Positions 8,194 through 17,071 of a DNA stretch of 17,071 bases are shown here, piece after piece. Position 1 is the first letter of the stretch. Each line of letters opens with the position of its first letter. The notes below the pieces were generated by a model. It was not told the DNA's origin. It did not search any database and saw only the letters and a list, made by a program, of their open reading frames with translations. The translations under genes and the position numbers were made by a program. Origin of the DNA: Octopus sinensis (taxonomy: Eukaryota); assembly GCF_006345805.1 (NCBI RefSeq), contig NW_021824890.1, positions 1 to 17,071 of the forward strand. Direction: 5' to 3'.

Positions 8194-8572
8194 CCAATAA
8201 ACGCCATCACAAGCCAGTGTTTCATGTCATGGCGTGAAAGTCATTATAGTAACACTATATATTTCCCGTTTAAAGGTGAACTAACGACCGTTAACCTGAC
8301 ATCACGTGGTAGTAGAGTGCTGCAATACTACAGCTGTTGCTTCTACACAATGGAACCATTGAAAGTAAAAAAAAAAAAAGGTAAATGTCTGTTGATGCTA
8401 AAGACTATAAAATAATGAATGCTATGACAACGTGTTTGGTTGGTCGCTGCTATCAAGCTAAGTAGCAATCGTATTGCATTTCGTTTCAACGAGATATTTT
8501 CCAGTGGAGGAAAAAAAGAAAATCTCTAAACTATAGATACTTACCTCGCGCACAAAAACGTACACCGCGCAC

Positions 8573-8584
<12 letters not shown>

Positions 8585-8660
<76 letters not shown>
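8585..8660. repeat. (AT)n microsatellite
   Basis: Directly visible. Confidence 0.98.
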
Positions 8661-8664
<4 letters not shown>

Positions 8665-8794
8665 ATGATGGTCGTCCACTCGTGACCGAGAAGGACCATT
8701 GCCGACCTTCAGGAATATTGTGCGCTCTAGGACTAACTTATATTTTGCAATTGCGGCTCCGTTGGTGGCTAATGAGCCCTGCTCTTGACAAGCA
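8659..8794 (-). mobile_element. 5'-truncated RTE-clade LINE 3' end
   Basis: Minus frame 8794->8738 gives CLSRAGLISHQRSRNCKI*, like the C-terminal CxSRxGLxSHxR zinc-finger motif of RTE ORFs. A short 3' UTR ends in a (CAT)n tail; (AT)n on both sides. Confidence 0.75.
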
Positions 8795-8871
8795 TATATA
8801 TATTTCCTTCCTGTCAAATTTCAGTTTCTTTACCTATGTTACAAAGAATTATTTTTATTACTTTTGGGACA

Positions 8872-9095
8872 GCAGCGAATTCACCGAATTACCGGAAGAA
8901 TTGCTGCAAAACATTTCCTCCGGCTCTTTATGCTCTGATTCCAAACCCTACCGAGGTCACCTTTACGTTTCACACTTTCGAAATCAAGAAAATAAAGTGC
9001 CAGTCATAGTACTGGGGTCGATGTAATCGTCTAACAGCATCCGCTTAAAATTACTGACCTTGTATCAAATTTAGAAAGAATTTTTATCATTATTT
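8872..9095 (+). mobile_element. SINE family A, diverged (older tail type)
   Basis: CCGAGGTCACCTTTACGTTTCACACTTTCG...GTACTGGGGTCGATGTAATCG...AAAATTACTGACCTTGT. Confidence 0.7.
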
Positions 9096-9488
9096 GCGGC
9101 AAAGTTTACGAAAGAGATGACGATCTGTCTGTACGTGCCTCATAAAAAATAAAAACACCCAGTTTTGGCTAACGGTCAAAATCCCAGAAGTCGCTACGTG
9201 AGTTTATTTCTATTTTCTATACTGATTCGTAATATACGCCTCAATGTCTAGATTAGATAACCATCAATTAAACAAAAGAGCATTTATTCTTTCACCGCGA
9301 GTTTTTCTTTTTAAACAAAACCCGATATGTTTAACATTTACGTTGTAAAAAAGTCATGATAACCATGGAAATTGTAACCAGATAGATATCGACGTCAAAT
9401 AACAACCTACCCTTACCTGATTATTTAATCAGTTAGGAATACAAGCTACATCTCACTGTAAATTATACCCTGCAGCTTTTAAAACGTA

Positions 9489-9493
<5 letters not shown>

Positions 9494-9566
<73 letters not shown>
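9494..9566. repeat. (AT)n microsatellite
   Basis: Directly visible. Confidence 0.97.
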
Positions 9567-9571
<5 letters not shown>

Positions 9572-9591
9572 TATATATTATATATACATGT

Positions 9592-9925
9592 ACACTGCAA
9601 CATAATTTCTTTTCCTCAACAGGTCCTGCCCTATTTAACATTGTCCCGAGGGAGATCAAAGAGGAAAAGGATCCATTCAACTTTAAACAGAGTCTGGATA
9701 GATTCCTTCAAAGAATACCAGATAAGCCACCCATAATGGATACAACTCACCCAAGAAGAACTCACTACTTGAACAAAACTGGATACAACTCACCCAACAA
9801 GAACTCACTACTTGAACAAAACTTGACTTAAACAGGATTCGAATAATCCTATCAGGTGGTGCTATTAAGTTAGACATGGCCTGGACCAATCTTTGGTCGA
9901 AACATATCTAAGTTTATCTAAGTTT
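9592..9925 (+). mobile_element. 5'-truncated CR1-group LINE 3' end (ORF2 C-terminus, 3' UTR, tandem tail)
   Basis: TLQHNFFSSTGPALFNIVPREIKEEKDPFNFKQSLDRFLQRIPDKPP..GYNSPNKNSLLEQ fits the GPxLFNxLP..FKxxLDxFL..PDxP..GY..NSL C-terminus of invertebrate CR1-group elements. Terminal stem-loop GACCA-ATCTT-TGGTC and (ATCTAAGTTT)2 tail at 9906-9925. Confidence 0.8.
9737..9822 (+). repeat. 43-bp tandem duplication inside the LINE remnant
   Basis: 9737-9779 versus 9780-9822, one mismatch. Confidence 0.95.
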
Positions 9926-9973
9926 ATATATATATATATATATCCTGGATACATTATAAAATGAAAATGGATA

Positions 9974-10441
9974 CAGTAATCCATTCACCACATCGCGGAT
10001 TTTTCTGGCTATCATATGTAAATTTATATCGCAGACTCCTCAGTATATCACGAGTTTCTGCGGCCGATAAGTATTTACATTTTTGAAGATTTCAATTATT
10101 TCTGTGGTAATATAAGCATTTTCACGCCTAAAGATTAATAAATCATTAAATAAAAATACAGTTATAATACTGCACTGATTAACACATTAATTAAAATAAA
10201 TTAAAAGAAAATATGTAGTGTACCGTAGATAAGTAAACAAAGAAGTGCACATACTGTACGGAAAACGAAACTCGGGAGGCGACTGTGTGGTGGTGTTTTG
10301 TATTTATAATGAAATGAATATATACAAATTATAAAAATAATTTTTAAATATATACACTACAGTACCATTTCTACTTTGCGGATTTTCACCTATCGCGGGG
10401 TTTTTTGGAATGTAACACCCTCGACAATCGAGGAATTACTG
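9974..10441. mobile_element. Tc1/mariner (Tigger/pogo-like) MITE
   Basis: TA|CAGTAAT...ATTACTG|TA termini with TA TSD. The subterminal motif TTCACC..ATCGCGG occurs near both ends. AT-rich, non-coding interior; the left TIR is partly deleted. Confidence 0.75.
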
Positions 10442-10556
10442 TATATATATATATAATTATTATTATTTGAGGGAATAAAATCCAAGCTTACAAGGAAAAA
10501 GAATTCAATTTAGAAATACTAAATCAAATTCCACACAATATAATAGATATATATAA

Positions 10557-10770
10557 ATTAGAAAAAAAACACGTTTTATCAATTCAAAATGAATAATTAA
10601 ATTACACCATCTAGAAAATTACATATAATATAAAAGTTAAAATTAAAATAACAATTAAATTGTAATTAACTTAATCTTTACTTTTTAATTGTTATTTTAA
10701 TGTTAACTTTTCTATTATATGTAATCTAATTATTCATTTTGAATTGATAAAAGGTGTTTTTTTTTCTAAT
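10557..10770. repeat. Inverted duplication, arms 10557-10659 and 10684-10770
   Basis: The arms are reverse complementary with 4 substitutions, a 1-nt poly-A/T length difference and one 17-bp indel. Confidence 0.92.
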
Positions 10771-10771
10771 A

Positions 10772-10808
<37 letters not shown>

Positions 10809-10814
10809 GTGTGT

Positions 10815-10849
<35 letters not shown>

Positions 10850-10902
10850 ATGTATGTATGTATGTATGTATGTATGTATGTATGTAGTGTGTGTGTGTGT
10901 GT
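10769..10902. repeat. Compound (AT)n-(GT)n-(TATG)n microsatellite
   Basis: Directly visible. Confidence 0.97.
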
Positions 10903-11072
10903 CTGTGTTTGTTCCTACACCATCGCTTGACAACTGTAACCTAGCAGTTCTGTAATGATGAGAAATAGAACATGTACTAGGCTTAGAAAGAATAAGTCCT
11001 GGGATCGATTTGTTCGACTAAAGACGGTGTTCCAGCATGGCCGCAGTAAAATGACTGAAACAAGTAAAAGAG
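10897..11072 (+). mobile_element. SINE family C 3' half
   Basis: CATCGCTTGACAAC...AAGAATAAGTCCTG..TCGATTTG.TCGACTAAAG.CGGTG.TCCAGCATGGCCGCAGT.AAATGACTGAAACAAGTAAAAG, the reverse complement of 5325-5498. Confidence 0.88.
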
Positions 11073-11838
11073 TCAAAGTGTCATAGAGTAAGTGCGAGAG
11101 ATAATTCCGTACATTTCTTGCAAGAACAAAATCGGTAATAATCGTTAACTCTGTATGTGAAAGAATCAATCTTTTACACCAGCGTAACCAGCGTCGCGTA
11201 ACAAACGAACTCAGATGCCGGGAAGAATAATGGCGATGATGATAAATGAAATATTGAGGTTGGGAAATTGCCACGTGTTTGCTGAAGGCATTCCGATGAA
11301 AGAGATGTACGGGGAAGATAGTTTTTAGAGAATAGTATAGTAATTTGGTAAACCACTAGGAAAGAACGCGATTTAAGAATAATAACAAGTGTCTCTGAGC
11401 TATGCGGTGGTGGTGGTCGTATTGGTGGTGGGTGTTTGGTGATACAACTAAGATAACAGATTCTAGAAGAGATTAGAAGAAGCAAATAAATCTACAATAT
11501 AATAATGTTGATATATGTTTAGCAACATGTTTAATAAATCTGAGTCTATATCAACTTTAATAATCTCCGCTGGTTTCTTTCATGTCGATACATCTGTCTA
11601 TAATCAATACAGAATAAGAATTTAATAACAAGGTTTCTGGGTTGCTTTGCGCAACAGGGATCATTGGAGAGAACGCATTGCAGTGTTCGTTGCTAACATG
11701 ATTTTTTATTTTGTTGGCTTCGAGGAAGCTATAGGATATTGCGCAGTCGTCAAACGCGAGTGCATTGCTTTTGATAGCAGAAACAACTTATATACAGTGA
11801 GTTAATGAAGTTGATGACGATATATGGATATATGTTAA

Positions 11839-12071
11839 GGCGGCGACCTGGCAGAAACGTTAGCACGTCGGACGAAATGCGTAGCCGTATTTTGTCTGCC
11901 GTTACGTTCTGAGTTCAAATTCCGCCGAGGTCAACTTTGCATTTCTACCTTTCGGGGTTGATAAATGAAGTACCAGTTACGCACTGGGGTCGATATAATT
12001 GTCTTAATCTGTTTGTCTGTCCTTGTTTGTTCCCTCTGTGTTTAGCCCCTTGTGGGTAGTAAAGGAACAGG
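11839..12071 (+). mobile_element. SINE family A, full length
   Basis: GGCGGCGACCTGGCAGAAACGTTAGC head and GAGTTCAAATTC B-box. Probable 15-bp TSD TATATGGATATATGT (11821-11835) / TATGTGGGTATATGT (12072-12086). Confidence 0.93.
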
Positions 12072-12093
12072 TATGTGGGTATATGTATGTTTT

Positions 12094-12368
12094 GTTTGTT
12101 CCTTCTCGAGCCACACCTGGTTTCCTTGGCGTATAGGTTTCCTACCTGGACGAGTCGCCGGTCCGTCGCAGGTGAGCTGCAAGAGGAAAGAGTGAGAGAA
12201 AGTTGTGGCGAAAGAGTAAGCAGAAGTTTTACCATTACCTTCTGCTGGAGCCGCGTGGAGCTTAGATGTTTTTGATCATAAACACACACCACGCCCAATC
12301 TGAGATTCGGACTCGCGATCCCTCGACCGCGAGTCCGCTGCTCTAACCACTAGGCCATGTGCCTCCAC
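12094..12368 (-). mobile_element. SINE family B, full length (variant tail 2)
   Basis: tRNA-like head GTGGAGGCACATGGCCTAGTGGTTAGAGC, (AAAC)n tail, perfect 11-bp TSD ATGTATGTTTT at 12083-12093 and 12369-12379. Confidence 0.92.
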
Positions 12369-12641
12369 ATGTATGTTTTAACGTTAAGTTAATTTAAGCT
12401 CTTCTTGAGCGAGTTCAAGCCAGTCGCTAACAAAGCAATAAGACTATTAGCGTTAAGCGGGTTCTCGGTGTTTGTGAATAAGTGGTTCGGTTGATGTATT
12501 CGTTGAACTGTCGATACATTCGCTCGGGTGTATGTATCTATTCACATAAGAATCTCACATGGAGAATTTTTTAATTATCTCTCAAATCTTCACTGTACTA
12601 CATCTATGTATGGCCAAATGACTGAAACAAGTAAAAGATTA

Positions 12642-12900
12642 AATGGCGGGAAGCTAGCAGAAACGTTAGCACGCCGGGCGAAATGCTTAGCAGTTTTTCG
12701 TCAGCCGTTACGTTCTGAGTTCAAATTTCACCGAAGTCGACTTTGCTTTTCATCCTTTCGGAGTCGATAAATTAAGTACTAGTTACGCAGTGGGGTCGAT
12801 ATAATCGACTTAATCCCTTTGTCTGTCCTTGTTTATCCCCTCTATGTTTAGCCTCTTGAGGGCAATCAAAAACAAATAACATATAAAATAACAAGTAAAA
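12642..12900 (+). mobile_element. SINE family A, full length, inserted in a family C tail remnant (12609-12638)
   Basis: Colinear with 11839-12071; 13-bp TSD AAGTAAAAGATTA at 12629-12641 and 12901-12913. Confidence 0.92.
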
Positions 12901-13469
12901 AAGTAAAAGATTACACTCACACACACACACACTCACACACACACACATACATATGAGATAAAAAAAGCTCCAAATTCTTTTTCGTAAAATTATTTTAACA
13001 GCAGCTCCTCTACTGTAAACATTTAAACCGAATCTGCTGTCCAGTGAAAAGAAAAAAACACCGTTCCTCCGTCTCTCCGTCCCAGGGGTCAATTAGAACT
13101 TCAAAAAGCGATACGGCCACTTTTCTCCTCCCTTGAAACCATTAAGAAAATAAAAGAAAAAAAGAAAAAATAATCTGTGACCGCATTTTACACATTCGTG
13201 TGACCTCAGTAACATTTGAATTCCCCCCGAGAACAACGAATAACTCGTGCTTTGGCGATGTATGTGTCTTGGGAAATAATTATAAGAAAAATATTTAAAA
13301 TTTACACATTTTACATTTTACATCGTTTTTATTACTAAAACAAAGTCAGTCAATATATTCCCGTAGAGATTACCAAAGATCTGTTTCTAATTAATAACAT
13401 GTAGCTTTTAAACTGTAATTTGACTAAGATAAAATGCCTAAGCGCTCGTGATTTATGTTGCATGGTTAA

Positions 13470-13740
13470 GGCGCGTGGCCTTGTGGTTAGGACTATTCGG
13501 CTCGCGGTCGTAAGATCGTGAGTTCGATTCCGGGCGACGCGTTGTGTCCTTGAGGAAGCCAACTTTTTCCACATTTCTTTAGTGTACTCGACTGACAACA
13601 ATGAGATGTACGTGTACTTCAAAGGGGGCCAGCATGGTCAGAATCTGTGTCCCTCTGAATCTCCCTGAGAACTTCGTATAGGGTACGCGTGTGTCTGTGG
13701 CGTGCTCAACCAATTGTACGTTAATTTCAGGAGTTGATTT
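13470..13740 (+). mobile_element. tRNA-derived SINE family D (CORE-like)
   Basis: A-box TGGCCTTGTGG 13476-13486 and B-box GAGTTCGATTCC 13520-13531, followed by a GCGTTGTGTCCTTGAG CORE-like block. The 3' end is approximate. Confidence 0.75.
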
Positions 13741-13764
13741 GAAACCATTTTTATATATTTATGA

Positions 13765-13930
13765 ATGATTCTAATATAGAGAAAAGTTCAGAAATTTAGA
13801 GGGCTAAGGGGGGAGGCAGGGACTGATTGATTATATATTCGACCTTAGCCCTTAACTCGTGCTTTGTGTTACCGTCCCTGCAGTGATGAAAGGTAAAGTT
13901 AGCCTCAACGGGATCTAAAGTCTGAAAGTG
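13765..13930 (-). mobile_element. SINE family A, highly diverged (older tail type)
   Basis: GATTATATTCGACCTTAG...GATGAAAGGTAAAGTTAGCCTCAACGGGAT is colinear with 14110-14192. Confidence 0.55.
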
Positions 13931-13946
13931 AAGAGGTGGAACGAAT

Positions 13947-14640
13947 CCACCTCCACTTCTATTAACATCACCACTAATACCACTACCGTCATTACCACCA
14001 CCACCACCACCACCACCATTATCACCACCTCTACAACAACCTATTTCTTTACTACCCACAAGGGGCTAAACACAGAGAGGACAAACAAGGACAGACAAAC
14101 GGACTAAGTCGAGTATATCGACCTCAGTGTGTAACTGGTACTTATTTAATCGACCCCGAAAGGATGAAAGGCAAAGTCGACCTCGGCGGAATTTGAACTC
14201 AGAACGTAACGGCAGACGAAATACGGCTACGCATTTCATCCAGCGTGCTAACGTTTCTGCCAGCTCGCCGTCTTCTACCTCTACAACAACCACCAGTACC
14301 ACCACTACCACCTCTACACCTACCGTCACTACCACAATATCACAACTTCCACAACTACCACCACAACTACCACCACTACTACCACCTCTACATTCATCAC
14401 CACTACCACAACCTCCACAGCAACCACCTCTACTTCCATCAACAACACCACTAATACCACCACCATCACATTCACCACCAACCACCACTACTACGACCTA
14501 TATAACTTCCAACACAAATACTAACACCACCGTTACTATTACCATCAAAACGCCCACTACGAACATACCACCGCTACCACCACCACCAGTACCACCACCA
14601 ACCACCACCGACACCACAACTACCACCACCATCGCCATAC
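13947..14640. repeat. Degenerate (ACC/ACT)n low-complexity tract interrupted by the SINE
   Basis: Directly visible. Confidence 0.9.
14042..14274 (-). mobile_element. SINE family A, full length
   Basis: Colinear with the other copies; perfect 15-bp TSD ACCTCTACAACAACC at 14027-14041 and 14277-14291. Confidence 0.94.
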
Positions 14641-14903
14641 TGAGGAAACAACAACAGACTAAAAGTTCCGTTATTATCTTTCACTGAAATGTATAATTTT
14701 AAATTTAATTTTTTAGATAAGAATTTACAAATATAATTTATTTATTCTCTAATTACAACAATTAACTCCTATAATTATCCCCGTCGTCTGTCAGATGATC
14801 ATTTATATTTCATTTACCTACATTTCTGTGTTCGATATCGGTTGAATATCGCTCCTTATCTTTTTGACCATTTTCTCGTTGGTTCCACAGTAGGACAGGT
14901 TTA

Positions 14904-15362
14904 AACACACACGCGTACGCGCACACACACACACACACAAACAAACACATACGCACGCGCACGCACACACACACACACGTACTCATGTACACGGAGGCAG
15001 AGAAAGACAAAACACAACACACACACATACACATACTCGCGTGCACAGACACACAAGTATATGCACAATACACATAAACACACATACAAACAACACAGTA
15101 CACACATGCACGTACACACACCAAATACCGACAGACACACATATACACACACATTCACAGCACACACACACATATGCAACGGATATACATACACACACAG
15201 CACAGACACGTACACACACACAAACAACATACACACATAACGTACACAAAAAATGTATACACACACACGCACACACATATGCACGCACGCACACACATAT
15301 GCACGCACGCACACATGCATACACGCACAACGCGTACGCACAACGCGTACGCACACACGCAC
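14904..15362. repeat. Degenerate (CA)n tract
   Basis: Directly visible. Confidence 0.93.
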
Positions 15363-15417
15363 GAGGAAAAACAATGCTACTCGAAGATAACTTCCCCCAA
15401 AAAATGTTAGTGATCGA

Positions 15418-16076
15418 TACGACCATCACCACCATCACCATCACCATCGCCACTAACACGATCACCATCGCCACCACTACCACCACCACCACCATCAACA
15501 CTAACACGATCACCATCACCACCACCACGACTACCACCACCACAAGCAACAGCGCCACCACCACCATCACCACCACCATCACCACCACCAGCACCACCAC
15601 CAAACACCACCACCAGTACCACCACCAAACACCACCACCACCAGCACCACCAGCACCATCACCTCCACAACCATCACCACCATCCCTACAGCCACCATAA
15701 CCACTAGCACCACGACCAAACAGTACCACCTCCACAACCATCATCACCACCACCACCTCCACAACCATCACCACCATCACTACCACCACCATCACTACCA
15801 TCACCACCACCACTAACACCATTACCATCGCCAGCAGCAGCACCACCATCACCATCACCACCACCACCTCCGCAACCATCACCACCATCACTACCGCCAC
15901 CATCACTACCATCACCATCACCACCACCACTACCACCACCATCACCACTAACACCATTACCATCGCCAGCAGCAGCACCAGCACCACCATCACCACCACC
16001 ACATCCACAACCATCACTACCACGACCGCCACCACCAAACACCACCACCACCACATCCACGACCACCACCACCATC
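15418..16076. repeat. Degenerate (ACC/ATC)n tract with higher-order internal duplications
   Basis: CACTAACACGATCACCATC at 15451 and 15499; CACTAACACCATTACCATCGCCAGCAGCAGCACCA at 15811 and 15946. Confidence 0.93.
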
Positions 16077-16393
16077 AGTAATATCTCCGTCGGCTTTTAA
16101 TAATTAACCATTGAAACAAACGTTGAACTGTTACTTCTGCTTCTGCACAGAAATGGCTGCCTTGTCTATTGTCTGTCACTTTACCGGAAGTGCGTCTCCG
16201 TCTTCCCTCATTACAACCGGACATTTGCACCGCTTAATTATAGATAAATAATATTGTCGTTTTCTCCTCTTTATACATACGTCAGAGGTTTATGAATGGA
16301 TGATAATTGAGTTTGATGAGGTCTTTCATACATTTTCTTACATCTTTCATGAAACAATGAAGAGATTTCCTTCCATTTTTTTTTCTCTTACAT

Positions 16394-16897
16394 ATGTGTG
16401 TAAGTGTGTGTATGCATAAATATATATATATATATATACATATATATACTATTCATATACGTGTTTCACCCATAAACATACGTATACAAACAGACATAAA
16501 TATATGTACATATATATATGTGGATATATATGCATTTATATATATGTATATATGCATATGTACATTTATATATATGTACATGTATGTACATATATACACA
16601 TATATATATACATACAGACATATATACGCATGCATATATATATACATTAATGTATATATATCTGTATATGTATATATATACATATTATATACATATATAT
16701 ATACATACACACATATATATGTATTATATATATATACATACATATATTTTATATTTATATATATATAGATATATATATGTACATACATACATATATATAT
16801 ATGTATCTAAGTATATATGTATGTATGCATGCATACATACATACATACATACATACATACATACATACATACATACATACATACATACATACATACA

Positions 16898-16927
<30 letters not shown>
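16394..16927. repeat. Degenerate (AT)n tract ending in perfect (ATAC)n
   Basis: Directly visible; pure (ATAC)n at about 16833-16924. Confidence 0.96.
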
Positions 16928-16928
<1 letters not shown>

Positions 16929-17071
16929 GATTTTGTATTTATACTTTTTTGCATTTCACAGAATATAAAATGATTAGGAAAAAAAAAACCCGTCTTCAAT
17001 AAAAACAAAAACAGAATATTTTCGATAACTTAATTGTATTTCGACCAGGAATAATGATACGCTATTAGAAT

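Noticed and set aside
8682-9026. 114-aa ORF
   Set aside because: Spans an antisense RTE fragment and a decayed SINE; no recognisable domain.
9737-9822. Direct repeats as a possible CRISPR array
   Set aside because: Two abutting 43-bp units with no spacer, inside a LINE remnant in a eukaryotic context.
10915-11485. Minus-strand ORFs of 119 and 103 aa
   Set aside because: The first runs into a SINE C; both lack an ATG start and any recognisable domain.
12290-12368. tRNA-like sequence (also 2295-2359 and 13470-13535)
   Set aside because: SINE heads: no proper acceptor stem, and they continue into SINE body with a tail and, for this copy, a TSD.
12990-13340. Possible further Helitron-like or other repeat fragment
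   Set aside because: No termini and no second copy in the window to support a call.
14127-14687. 186-aa Pro/Thr-rich mucin-like ORF
   Set aside because: The N-terminus is antisense SINE A sequence and the rest is (ACC)n low complexity.
14983-16056. 357-aa ORF and overlapping 108-219 aa ORFs
   Set aside because: Poly-Val/Thr/His/Gly translations of (GGT)n and (GT)n repeats; open in several frames on both strands simply because the repeats lack stop codons.
16394-17008. YI/HT-rich ORFs (and similar ones at 1121-1343, 5452-5743, 7041-7521)
   Set aside because: Translations of (AT)n and (ATAC)n microsatellites.

Overview
This is AT-rich, repeat-dense, non-coding eukaryotic DNA (intronic or intergenic). 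The SINE complement and microsatellite load look like an octopod cephalopod (Octopus-like) genome; this is recognition from memory, not a database result. I find no supportable host protein-coding gene, rRNA, functional tRNA or CRISPR array, and the long ORFs in the track are translations of microsatellites or SINEs. The window is a mosaic of four tRNA-derived SINE families (labelled A-D here, several with target-site duplications), non-autonomous Helitron-like elements and a Tigger/pogo-like MITE. It also holds 3' remnants of three LINE types (RLE-endonuclease R4/Dong-like, RTE, CR1-group), Penelope-like segments with minimal hammerhead-ribozyme-like motifs, and many (AT)n, (CA)n, (ACC)n and (ATAC)n tracts. 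The most unusual signals are: (i) four fold-back inverted duplications, each with one arm abutting an (AT)n tract, which reflect either a real microsatellite-primed template-switch process or a long-read/assembly artefact; (ii) two degenerate minimal hammerhead motifs; (iii) a SINE dimer inside a single TSD; (iv) unannotated RLE-LINE fossils. I see no evidence for a new protein-coding system.
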